A stretch of 64,000 nt of DNA from Macrostomum hystrix. Lineage: Eukaryota > Animalia > Platyhelminthes. The position numbers and the translations under genes are program-made. Positions within the stretch are counted from its first letter, which is position 1. Every line of letters begins with the position of its first letter. Shown here piece after piece: positions 45,501 to 55,600 of this stretch. Under the pieces are notes generated by a model. It saw only the letters and a program-made list of their open reading frames with translations. It made no database searches and was not told the DNA's origin. The stretch spans positions 14,756,001 through 14,820,000 of the forward strand of contig CATNEN010000003.1 in the NCBI GenBank assembly GCA_950097015.1, read 5' to 3'.

Positions 45501-47082
45501 AAAATAATAATTAGCCTACAAAACAAGCTGCAGACAATGACAAATAATTTGGTGACACTGATCCCTTAGCCAGCAACATACATGTGCAACCTCCCAAATC
45601 TTAGCCGGCCATGCGACTTAGTTTTTGCTCTATTTATGACTTAGTTTGCTCTCATTTGCTCTATTTTTCTCTCCCCTTTTTCCTCTTCTTCACGCCTTCC
45701 TTTTTTGTCCCTGGGTCCCTCCTTTGATTTTTTGCACTTGGTTGATTGGTTTTTGCAACTTACCTTGCTTGGCCCTTGTTTCGGCTAGGTCAGCCGGGTG
45801 TTGCACATGTATGGCCAGCAAGGAAGCAATACTGCACATTTTGCTGACTCCATGGTACACACACACATACTGTAGATAGGCACAAACTCATACAGGTTTG
45901 TATATCTTCCTTGGCTCATTGTGAAGCAGCTTGTGTAAACTTTAACTCAGCCTTGGAGATTAGTCATCAAGGGTATAAATTGCAGAACCAGTCTCCCAAT
46001 GGCTACACCTTACATTTATCTGGCCTAGCTGCATAATTGTGCTTATAGAACTTGGTGGCAAAGGCTAACATGTTAGCTGATCTGCTATTCAGCCCTTAAT
46101 GACAGAGTAAAACAGTGACACATTCTTTGATTAGTTGCACCATACATTTGTTGTTACTAATACCCCTTAATCTGGCTCTAGAACATGAGTCAATACTAAT
46201 TGACTTCAAAAGCTAATTCAAGGAGCTACTAATCACAATTTATGAAATGCCTGTCTATTTATAGCTACTCACAAAAGCAGTTGATACTTTAGGGCCTTAG
46301 AGGCTATGTTAAATGACAATGACCTAGGGATTTCTACTCATTCATAGCTTTCAACAAGATTTAAATTTTATGAAAAATTTATAGTGAAATACAATTCTGT
46401 TGATAGACTTTATTATTTCAAGTTATAGCCTTATCAGACACAAAAAGTACTTGTGCATATGGCAAGCAACAGTCTAGTAAATTTTGCAGCACACTTTCTT
46501 TATGTGGTTGCAAGACATGTTTAGCAGATCATGTATCTAAATTTTTAACTATATTAGACCCTATAGCTAGCAAACTGATTATCATTATTAAAAGTGAAAA
46601 AATGAAAAAAAACTAATGGGTAATAAAAAATTGTTTCTCTATAGCTTTGAATTAGATTCTTTAGTTTCATGTACTAGTAACAAAACATCTTCACATGCTA
46701 AAACAGATTATGTACAATTTAATTTGTATCAAATAATTTTAAAGTAAAATGTATTTTTGTTAGGCCTAACCACAATAGCTAGTAATTAAAATGTATTGCT
46801 AGCAAGCCAAGGTCAGGAATAACAAAATGTTGTAGCATAAAAACCAACCAAACCAACGAATTAATTATTAACATTAGTATAGGCCTACAAAAACTAGCAT
46901 CATTGATATTTTTCTATACTGAGAGTGAGAACGAGGGTGTGCTGCAGCCCACATGCTGCGTAAGTGGATTAATTTGAATATTGCCAAACAACATATATAA
47001 GTCAAACATGCATATAAGTTTGATTACTAACTTACCCATCCGACTTTGAAGGATCAGACTTTTCGAACTTCTGACGTTTCAT
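21447..47082 (-). CDS. POLE: DNA polymerase epsilon catalytic subunit A, 21 coding exons, 7083 nt, about 2360 aa
   Basis: Exons joined by hand with GT-AG boundaries and consistent phases. Motifs: Exo [16 protein letters not shown], Exo [13 protein letters not shown], Exo [13 protein letters not shown], Pol [14 protein letters not shown], CysX CAACDFN..C..ICQRE, Pol [15 protein letters not shown], Pol [11 protein letters not shown]-terminal CysA/CysB. Confidence 0.97.
21820..22835. repeat. 24-bp minisatellite in POLE intron 20, two subfamilies
   Basis: CCACCTGAAGCTTCAGTCTCCCAT to about 22310, then CTACCTGAAGATTTAGTCTCCTAT. Confidence 0.96.
23334..23725 (-). CDS. POLE: POLE exon 20 (CysA zinc finger)
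   Basis: [13 protein letters not shown]...VGEFS...[15 protein letters not shown]...WLCPRC. Confidence 0.93.
23870..24005 (-). mobile_element. SINE family B copy in POLE intron 19
   Basis: The reverse strand has a tRNA-like head (GGTTCGATTCC) and CORE-like TCCTTTAGCAAGACACTTAACTCTGCATTGC. Confidence 0.7.
24146..24382 (-). CDS. POLE: POLE exon 19
   Basis: [12 protein letters not shown]. Confidence 0.85.
24840..25100 (-). CDS. POLE: POLE exon 18
   Basis: [15 protein letters not shown]...[12 protein letters not shown], followed by an acidic stretch. Confidence 0.88.
25135..25861. repeat. 43-bp minisatellite filling POLE intron 17; unit includes the 5' splice site
   Basis: Sense-strand unit CAG|GTGAGAAGCTGGTAGGATTGATGGAGCAGCTGTTGAGGAA, about 17 copies. 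Confidence 0.96.
25858..26151 (-). CDS. POLE: POLE exon 17
   Basis: [12 protein letters not shown]...[18 protein letters not shown]. Confidence 0.92.
26280..26700. repeat. 31-bp minisatellite in POLE intron 16
   Basis: GATGGGATCTGAAGGATAGGGATTATGAAGG units. Confidence 0.93.
26805..27137 (-). CDS. POLE: POLE exon 16
   Basis: VPIGNLP...HNHLLWCS...[10 protein letters not shown]. Confidence 0.92.
27185..27400. repeat. 25-bp minisatellite in POLE intron 15
   Basis: TAGGGATCAATAGGGGATTGGAGAT units. Confidence 0.92.
27712..28038 (-). CDS. POLE: POLE exon 15
   Basis: [11 protein letters not shown]...[16 protein letters not shown]...ARYHQ. Confidence 0.92.
28100..28955. repeat. 24-bp purine/pyrimidine-asymmetric minisatellite in POLE intron 14
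   Basis: GATGGGGAAGAGGGAGAAATCAGA, about 35 copies. Confidence 0.96.
28998..29636 (-). CDS. POLE: POLE exon 14
   Basis: VPRIFYVN...RTLPR...LYEY...LGCLCVV. Confidence 0.92.
29805..29990 (+). mobile_element. SINE family A, 3' part, in POLE intron 13
   Basis: AGAGTGTACACTGCCTGACGATGAGAAAGTCAGG and GCGAAATGGGCAGAATTG are shared with other copies. Confidence 0.75.
30117..30590 (-). CDS. POLE: POLE exon 13
   Basis: WLRFHKRKW...PWEIVQL...GLFRLW; tandem CAGCAG (NAGNAG) acceptor. Confidence 0.9.
30735..31450. repeat. 28-bp minisatellite in POLE intron 12
   Basis: GATGGGATAATCTATGTTTGATTGTCAC units. Confidence 0.95.
31545..32018 (-). CDS. POLE: POLE exon 12
   Basis: [15 protein letters not shown]...[25 protein letters not shown]. 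Confidence 0.93.
32030..32715. repeat. Degenerate minisatellite (about 38 bp) in POLE intron 11
   Basis: AAAGATGGGATT..AAAGTGGGAACATGGGATTTTAG units. Confidence 0.88.
32782..33552 (-). CDS. POLE: POLE exon 11 (Pol motif C)
   Basis: [21 protein letters not shown]...KKRYAVF...PLAIFQ. Confidence 0.96.
33556..35335. repeat. 23-bp minisatellite filling POLE intron 10
   Basis: GTCAAGGGATCATTACTGTGTGG, about 75 copies, reaching the 3' splice site. Confidence 0.96.
35361..35682 (-). CDS. POLE: POLE exon 10 (Pol motif B)
   Basis: [21 protein letters not shown]...[22 protein letters not shown]. Confidence 0.96.
36350..36942 (-). CDS. POLE: POLE exon 9 (Pol motif A, P domain)
   Basis: [21 protein letters not shown]; contains a polyQ insertion. 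Confidence 0.96.
36960..37478. repeat. Minisatellite (about 46-50 bp) in POLE intron 8
   Basis: GCGGCATAGATCAAAGGATGTTCTGGATTCAAGTA units. Confidence 0.88.
37500..37905 (-). CDS. POLE: POLE exon 8 (Exo III)
   Basis: [11 protein letters not shown]...[13 protein letters not shown]...[13 protein letters not shown]. Confidence 0.96.
38075..38660. repeat. 32-bp minisatellite in POLE intron 7
   Basis: GGCGGTCCTACAATGTCACTCTAAGGAAGATT units. Confidence 0.92.
38744..39021 (-). CDS. POLE: POLE exon 7 (Exo II)
   Basis: [15 protein letters not shown]...[17 protein letters not shown]. Confidence 0.96.
39044..40362. repeat. 41-bp hairpin-containing minisatellite in POLE intron 6
   Basis: GAGTGAC-GCATCCAAT-GTCACTC-CAGCTAGAAAAGAAACAA, about 32 copies. 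Confidence 0.96.
40415..40633 (-). CDS. POLE: POLE exon 6 (Exo I)
   Basis: [20 protein letters not shown]...FNEPNE. Confidence 0.96.
40675..40925 (-). mobile_element. SINE family A, near full-length, in POLE intron 5
   Basis: Reverse strand: A box TGGCTGAGTGG, B-box-like GAGCTCGATTTC, then the family body and 3' hairpin region. Confidence 0.8.
41180..41312 (-). CDS. POLE: POLE exon 5 (not in the ORF track)
   Basis: [22 protein letters not shown]...DLVDRP. Confidence 0.93.
41460..42255. repeat. Minisatellite (about 36 bp) in POLE intron 4
   Basis: GAGTCATTCGGTTGGTCATTAACAACAAAACAAAAT units. Confidence 0.93.
42499..42770 (-). CDS. POLE: POLE exon 4
   Basis: [14 protein letters not shown]...DNILDLR. 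Confidence 0.93.
42830..43385. repeat. 22-bp minisatellite in POLE intron 3
   Basis: AAAGACCTGAAGGATTATCATC units. Confidence 0.94.
43493..43711 (-). CDS. POLE: POLE exon 3
   Basis: [18 protein letters not shown]...KEDLEL. Confidence 0.93.
43960..44260 (+). mobile_element. SINE family A copy in POLE intron 2
   Basis: CGCACCAAGGTCCCTGAGCTCGATTGCGCGGTGAG head plus the shared body. Confidence 0.78.
44395..44527 (-). CDS. POLE: POLE exon 2
   Basis: [21 protein letters not shown]; CAG acceptor, GTAAG donor. Confidence 0.92.
47036..47082 (-). CDS. POLE: POLE coding exon 1 ([16 protein letters not shown])
   Basis: ATG at 47082; GG|GTAAGT donor, phase 2, matches the exon 2 frame. Not conserved, so less certain. 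Confidence 0.7.
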
Positions 47083-47244
47083 TACTTACATCTAGAATAT
47101 GGTAGTGTATGGTTGGGCAGATAGGGGTAGGTAGTTGAAATTCAGCACGTGGCACAGAATGATCATTCGTGTGGCCATGATTTTAAAAAATAAAAAAAAC
47201 AAATTAGTTAAAAAAGTAGCTATAACTTAATTAATTTTTTTACC

Positions 47245-47400
47245 TAATGCTTTCGGATGCGCTTTTAGTTATGTTTTCTGCATACTATCTTCTTTTGTAG
47301 TAATAATTTGTTATTGCAGTCCCGCTAAATAATGTAGCGGTAATTTGAAATTTCCGTTGACTCACTGAAGGGTTCTGCGACAAGGAGCAGCGGATTCGTA
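47245..47400. promoter_or_regulatory. Putative bidirectional POLE/Lgl promoter
   Basis: Candidate non-coding-exon donors point outward: AG|GTAAAA on - at about 47243 and TC|GTAAGT on + at 47398. E2F-like TTTAGCGGGA (- strand) and CDE/CHR-like TAGCGGTAATTTGAA (47335-47349) lie between them. Inference only. Confidence 0.4.
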
Positions 47401-49682
47401 AGTTGCATTAATACATGTGTCCGACTTAAAAACAAATCAAACTGCTTACGAGCGGCTACTTTTGCCTGGGTTAAATAACAGCGACGCATTTTTTGATTAT
47501 TACATTTTATTTAAAAAGTAGTTTTAATAACAATTCTAAAGTTTTAATTTTCAACCGCTTTCCTATATCTATTATTTCTTAGATAATATTATTAATATTG
47601 CTAGACGCCTTGGATATTGGTTTTAACTATTTTTAACATTTTTATTAATATTTAAACTTATATTGTGTAGCTTGAGTCTTGTTTCATAAAAAGTATCTTG
47701 TGATTGTTAGTTTATTTAATGTCATGTTTTCTTTTTTAATCAGAGTTCAATGACATGAGTCATTTTATATAATAATTTGCATGAACTTTTAACTTTTTGT
47801 AACCTTTTTTTACTAAGCGATCATATTTTTTGTTTCAAACACGATAATGTTGCTAGCTTTTTACGCCTGGCAACAGCTAAATTTTAAGTTACACTTTTTA
47901 ACTAAAAAAATATTTTTTGAGTCAGTATTCTGTGTCTTAGAGTGTAATAAACCGTAAATTGAATCTTTAATTCAAATCAACTAAAGTTAGCCATAAAACT
48001 AAGCTGCAAGGTTATGTTTGTATTAAGATTTATTGTTAAGTCTTATTCTTTGATTGAGAATTTGCCGCGCAATATTTACCGAGAGTCGTCTAAAATCTAT
48101 CCTAACACAGTTGTTTCTGGGGATTCGGGAAGCATGGCTGCAGCTGGGATTTTATCTCTCTTGGGGAGGGGGCGAGCCGAGAGATTGCGCCTCAGTCAGT
48201 TTGCTTTTTTAGGGGACGCCAAAATAAAATAAGAGGAAATAGGGGAGAAAGATCCCCGGGAATGGAAGAAGATTGGACCTGCCCTATAGTCGGCGTCTTC
48301 TGGAAGCAGCAGGCCGAGGCAGAGAAGAGGGATAGAGGCACAGGGGGGCTAGTTAATCTATCGCATAAAAATATTAGCGCGCACACACACCGGCCAGATC
48401 CTAACAAAATCCAGACGGGACAGACTTGCCCAGGATTTGCAAAGCCGCAGCCCGCCCTGTTTAGGATCCCAAGTCCCTGAGGATCGACGTGACGACACCC
48501 TCCCCCAGCCCTGAAAAAATTTCTTATCGGCACATCTCTCCCTTTGCTAGCCTCTCTCTCTGTCTGCATCTCCCTGCAGCTCTATGCTGCAACAGAGCCA
48601 AGTCCCGTGTAGTAGGATTTACAGTTGTTTTCTACGTATTTCAAAACACATGCGGCCGCCTGTTTGTTTGCTAGAATTTACACTGCAATGTCCCTGTACA
48701 GGTGGAGGAAGAGACGTAGATTGTTAAGATAAAAGCGCGCTTCATAGAATCAATTTTGCCTTAATTATATTTTCAAGCTTTGCAAGTAGGAAAGTTAGGT
48801 TGTGGCAATTAAATTATATAGTTCCTTCGTTTTTTACTCGTAAATTCCAGCAAGTTACATGCCATAACGAAGTTACAGTTATTGTTGCTTGTACTTTATG
48901 GAAATTAGATATAAGCTCTCTTTCGGGCTAGGGGTGGGGTCAAACGAAGGTCATTTTGGGGAGGTTAAACAAAAATTCGGCATCTTTCCATCACCCAATC
49001 AACCGACCCAGCCACCGCTTCCAACAGCAGCCCCAACATATTGGGTTCGTGTGTAGAGGCTAAAAACTAGGTCAGCATAACATCAGCATAACTAACAGAT
49101 ATGGATGTCTTATTTATGCAGTACTGTTATAATATTCATATTTGCACACGTGATACAAAATAAAAAAACAATAGTTAAAATATAGGGAAATTCAAAATCT
49201 AGCAAATATCGAGTATTGTGCTTTGATTCAGGTCCCAAGTCAGCTGATGTTTTCTAGGCAAGAAAGTAGTTGTTGTTTAAAAGATCCCGCACGTGCAGGG
49301 ACAGAGAGATATGGAGAGAGACAGTGCGAATGACGAAGGGGAAGGAAGTGGGAAGAGAGGAAAATACACAGAAGGCCGTATGCTTACTAGCACTGGGCTA
49401 CGGCATCCGTTTTTCGCCCCCCGAGAGGAAACAATTTGCCGAATCCCACTGGAAAATCAGCCATAAACCTCCCGTTTTTCACTCTCCGTTGCTTTCGCTT
49501 TTCAATTCTCTCTTCGGCGAACCTCATTGCTGGACACGACCAACCCACCCAGCCTCGCCTGACAGTAAAATTTTAATTACTAATCATTTCTATTTGCAGA
49601 TCCCTTGCGTCTCAGTATAAAGAAATTCTTAAAAAGTCTATAACTAAAAACAACAGACAGCAGACAGCACAGATCTACCAAA

Positions 49683-52600
49683 ATGGCCAAGATTATTGAC
49701 ACCTTTCGTGATTTGCCGCACAAGTTGCACCTGAGCGGAGGCGCTAAAATCAAAGCCAACGACAAGCAGCTTCGCCAATTTAAGGAATTTTTCGATATTA
49801 AACCGGTAAGTGCGGTTACACAGTTTGTGATTAAGCAAGTACAGTTTGTGATCAACCTGTTAGACACCAATGCCAATCTGCTAGACACCAGTGGCAACCT
49901 GTTAGGCACCAGTGCCAACCTGTTAGGCACCAGTGCCAACCTGTTAGACACCAGTGCCAACCTGTTAGGCACCAGTGGCAACCTGTTAGGCACCAGTGCC
50001 AACCTGTTAGGCACCAGTGCCAACCTGTTAGACACCAATGCCAACCTGTTAGACACCAGTGGCAACCTGTTAGGCACCAGTGCCAACCTGTTAGGCACCA
50101 GTGCCAACCTGTTAGACACCAGTGCCAACCTGTTAGGCACCAGTGGCAACCTGTTAGGCACCAGTGCCAACCTGTTAGGCACCAGTGCCAACCTGTTAGG
50201 CACCAGTGCCAACCTATTAGACACCAGTGCCAACCTGTTAGACACCAGTGCCAACCTGTTAGACACCAGTGCCAACCTGTTAGACTGCACCATTTAAACA
50301 GATTTTAAAATTAGCTGGAAGAGATAAAGAACGAAATTCGTCGGCGTTAAAGTGTAAACATTTTGTAAATTTGCCTGTATAGGTGCAGTTTAAACTGTGT
50401 TGGAAATATCTTTTTTATGCCTAGACTGCATTGCTGACATGTGGGCACACCTAGGTTCACCTGCATACATTTCATTAGAGTGTGTTTACGCATCGAGGCG
50501 TTAATTTGGCAAAAATTAAAGCATTGTTTAATTCAGTTGGCTCCCTTTGAAAAATTTGCGCACTCGTTATTTCACAACTCGATTTAAAGGGTGCAACACA
50601 TTTGTCTTCATTTCGCAGTGCTTATGTCTGATTTTTACTTTAGATTTTCACACGAATAAACGAACTCTCTTCTTATGTACATACGCAAATTTAGTTTCAT
50701 CATGACCTCTTCCAGTCACACACAGCAACATGGCATTACGCTGGTACATAAAAACTGTTTACAATATCTACGATATGTTACTTTTCCAGGAATTTCTAAA
50801 ACCCCATCTGAAAGTTTAGCAAAACAAAAGCGTCGTTAATCCTGTACAAAGCTGCACATTTCTCAGCCTTAGTTGAAAGAAATGTTCACGTTAAGCATTA
50901 CAGTACGGGCATTGTGTCTTAAATTGCTTTTAGTTTAAAAGAGTTTTTCTGAAATCCCGACTCATTGAAAATTCCAAAAATCCTGTAATGCTGAAATAAA
51001 AAACTCTAGAATCCCGACTTGCTAGAATCCCGAATTGCTAAAATCCCGAATTGCTAAAATCCCGAATTGCTAAAATCCCGAATTGCTAAAATCCCGACTT
51101 GCTAGAATCCCGAATTGCTAGAATCCCGAATTGCTAAAATCCCGACTTGTTAAAATACCGACATGCTGAAATACCCGATTCCTAATACTCGAGCCATATG
51201 GAAAAGTTTTCACTGTCTAATGTCATTATTATCTTCCCTTTCTTTCGAAATCCCAACCTTATACTCGAAGAATTTTCACACTCAGTCTAAAGTTTCCCAA
51301 AAGTTCATGCTGCGCTGCATGCACACTTTCACACCTGGGCACGCGATGAAACACTCTCGTAGCTATCAAAACGCAAGATGGCGAAATCTTCACACTTTGA
51401 TGATACCTGTTGAAATTCCCAAATCTGGGAATCGATGCTTCGCTTAATTAAACTGAACTTTTTATATTATTAGAAGATTAATCTAGCATTAATTGAATCT
51501 AGAATTGCGTAGAATCTAATATATTTTAGATTAAAGGATGCACTTTAGTTTTAAACAAAAGTTTAGATTCTAAAATAACCAAAAATGAATATATCCTATT
51601 GATTATTCATATCTTTATCGAGTCATACAAACACCACCGATTGTCCATTTTCCTACTACGACAGGTGTGCAAATTTGGCTACCCGGAATGTGTCACCGCT
51701 ACGGCTCACGATCCGGCCCTGAACATCTTGGCTGTGGGCACGAAGGCCGGCGAAATCTTTGTGTACGTCTTTAATTATTTTATTTTATATTCTATGTACA
51801 ATCTTATGAATACTCTACGAGCGTACGAGTAATTAGCTTCTTTGATCGCTAGATAATTTTCACCTGCCCTCAATAAAAACGTGGCAATAAATATTGCTTA
51901 TCTTAATGAACGATTTAAATTGGTAGTGTGAACAGATTAATAAAGATGAAAAGGTTTAGCCGACCATTGATCATGAGAGGCCTAAAGAAAATAAAGATTA
52001 GCATAAAACAAGCGTTTGGGTCATGGAAAAAATCAATAAGTTAAATTAGATCGATGTTAAACAGTAGAAAGACCAAAACTACCAACTGCCTACTTGGTAT
52101 GGTAGCTCCCAAACCGAATGACCGATTTTCGTCAAAGTCCACCGACCACAATATAATCAACAATAATAGTCGACATGATTACGAGGTGAAAATTTTGAAA
52201 GCAGAATTGTTGAATATCTCGAATACTGTTGAATATTGTTGAATAGCCCAGGTTCTAGATTTTCACGGCCACAAGAAAAATGTGTCTATTTTGGTCTCTC
52301 TACTGGCAATATATAGAGGCCGTATGATTCATGGTCTGTAACAGCGAGTAGCTTCCCAACCTCAACCCTCCTCTCTCTTCTTTTTCTAATTCTTTCCTAC
52401 TTATTTTACCTATAAATGCCAGCCAGCAGTGACCCGAGTTAATTGTCTTCTGCGCCCGACCATTGCAGGTTCGGTGCTCCCGGAGTTGAGTTCTACTCAA
52501 AGCACCCCGCTGAGAACAGCGAGATTGTGAAATTGGCCTTTCTAGCCAATCAGGTAAAAACTGCTGCTTTTTCTCCCTTCTAGGAGCTTTAGTCAGGGTC

Positions 52601-55600
52601 GACCCCAAGTTGAACTCGGTTTGACCCCAACCTGGCCCTCTTACTTGGCCCCACCTGGACAGATTTTTTTGAAGTGGTTCCTGGAAGTGGGGATTGGAAA
52701 TGCGGGAATTAACTTTGGCGAATTTTTTGCAGAGCTTTTCAGGAAGAGAGATCTAGATAAGAGAAAGGATCTGCACCCACATAATCTATAACTAATTCTG
52801 AATGATAATTAACATGCTCAAATCTCCCAAAATCACCACTCACTACACAGACATAAAGGTTACTCATCGCTACTTCACAATGGATACATAAAGAGTGTGC
52901 AAGATTTTTCATTCTTTCGCCGTCTTTTCAGTCTGCTAACACCTGAAAATTGTAATCTATGCAAAGCAATTGCCATCCAGGTACTTATTTTCCAGATAAG
53001 CTTTGGGAAAATTGTTTGTCAACCCCATTCTCGTAAGGGGAGAGATGAGACAGGGGAGATGAGACAGGGGAGATATGAGACAGAGTAGATATGAGACAGG
53101 GGAGATATGAGACAGGGGAGATATGAGACAGGGGAGATATGAGACAGGGGAGATATGAGACAGGGGAGATATGAGACAGGGGAGATATGAGACAGGGAAG
53201 ATATGAGACAGTGGAGATATGAGACAGGGAATATATGAGACAGGGGAGAGATGAGACAGGGGAGATGAGACAGGGGAGATATGAGACAGAGTAGATATGA
53301 GACAGGGGAGATATGAGACAGAGTAGATATGAGACAGGGGAGATATGAGACAGGGGAGATATGAGACAGGGGAGATATGAGACAGAGTAGATATGAGACA
53401 GGGGAGATATGAGACAGGGGAGATATGAGACAGGGAAGATATGAGACAGGGGAGATATGAGACAGGGAAGATATGAGACAGGGGAGAGATGAGACAGGGT
53501 AGATATGAGACAGAGGAGATATGAGACAGGGGAGATATGAGACAGGGGAGATATGAGACAGGGGAGATATGAGACAGGGGAGATATGAGACAGAGTAGAT
53601 ATGAGACAGGGGAGATATGAGACAGGGGAGATATGAGACAGGGAAGATATGAGACAGGGGAGATATGAGACAGGGAAGATATGAGACAGGGGAGAGATGA
53701 GACAGGGTAGATATGAGACAGTGGAGATATGAGACAGTGGAGATATGAGACAGGGAAGATATGAGACAGGGAAAATATGAGACAGGGGAGATATGAGACA
53801 GGGGAGATATGAGACAGGGGAGATATGAGACAGGGGAGATATGAGACAGAGGAGATATGAGACAGAGGAGATATGAGACAGGGGAGATATGAGACAGGGG
53901 AGATATGAGACAGGGGAGATATGAGACGGGGAGATTTGAGACAGAGTAGATATGAGACAGGGGAGATATGAGACGGGGAAGATATGAGACAGGGGAGATA
54001 TGAGACGGGGAAGATATGAGACAGGGGAGATATGAGACAGGGGGAGATTTGAGACCGAGTAGATATGAGACAGTGGAGATATGAGACAGGGGAGGTATGA
54101 GACAGGGGAGATATGAGACAGGGGAGATATGAGACAGGGGAGGTATGAGACAGGGGAGATATGAGACAGAGAAGATATGAGACAGGGAAGATATGAGACA
54201 GGGAAGATATGAGACGGGGGAGATATGAGACAGGGGAGATATGAGACAGGGGGAGATTTGAGACCGAGTAGATATGAGACAGGGGAGATATGAGACAGGG
54301 GAGGTATGAGACAGGGGAGATATGAGACAGGGGAGATATGAGACAGGGGAGATATGAGACAGGGGAGATTTGAGACAGAGTAGATATGAGACAGGGGAGA
54401 TATGAGACAGTGGAGATATGAGACAGGGAAGATATGAGACAGGGGAGATATGAGACAGGGGAGATATGAGACAGGGGAGATATGAGACAGGGGAGATATG
54501 AGACAGGGGAGATATGAGACGGGGAGATATGAGACAGGGGGAGATTTGAGACAGTGGAGATATGAGACAGGGGAGATATGAGACAGTGGAGATATGAGAC
54601 AGAGGAGATATGAGACAGAGGAGTTATAATTATTATGAGATATATAGTTTTATAGTCTTATGAAAATGAGCAGACCGCATTTATTAGCTCATTATAGAAG
54701 TTTTATATAAAAGTAAATATTTTCTGTATGTATTTCGTCTTTTAACTTTAAATTTAAAACAATACAATTTCAGGGGCATAAAAGAAAAATAAACAAAAAT
54801 TTGAGTCAATAATTGAACACGCAGATATTGCACACCCGTTATAGATAAGATATGAACTGCATGCATAACATGACAAATACGCAGAAAACGCATTGGAATT
54901 CGTGACATCTGGGAGCTGGCCAATATGAAGCAGACATAAAACTAAAACTGCTTTGCATTTCTCCTCAAAAATGTTCTGAATTTTTGCCGGCCCTCCTTTC
55001 GCCATGTCTATCTCTGCCGATCGGCATAACTAATGATCCCCGCGAGTTTCCCTCTCCCATCCTCCCCTCATGTGTCTCTCTTGGGGTTGGGCGAAAAATG
55101 TTGGGCGAACGAATCGATGCTTGCCCTCACCAACCCAATGCTCCGTTCAGGCCGGACAAAAAATAAATGTACACATATACAGTCAACAATATGGCAGTCT
55201 TTAGTTGTATCTATGCAGGCATACTTGCATGCTGAACACTCCACTCCAGTATTCCTCTCAGTCGGGATTTGGTTAATTAATACAAAAAAGGCGGACTCAA
55301 ATGTGTTTTCTGCTAGCTTTTATCTGCCCTCAGTCTTGCCCATTAGCTGGGCCTGCATTGGGGGAGCATACATTAAATGCATGATGGGGGAAGAGGGAAA
55401 CCCGATCGCTCATTTATCCCATCACAGATCTCCTTATTCTCATTAGGGTTCTGGGCAAGGCAATGCTTTATAATTTATATGAATAGGAAATCATAAATCA
55501 GCAGTACTCATTTATCTGTCTAGCCTGTCTCAAAATTCATCCGACTATAGATGAGATTAGCTGAGCACAGCCACTCAAAGAGAATTGTGATTGAATTGTT

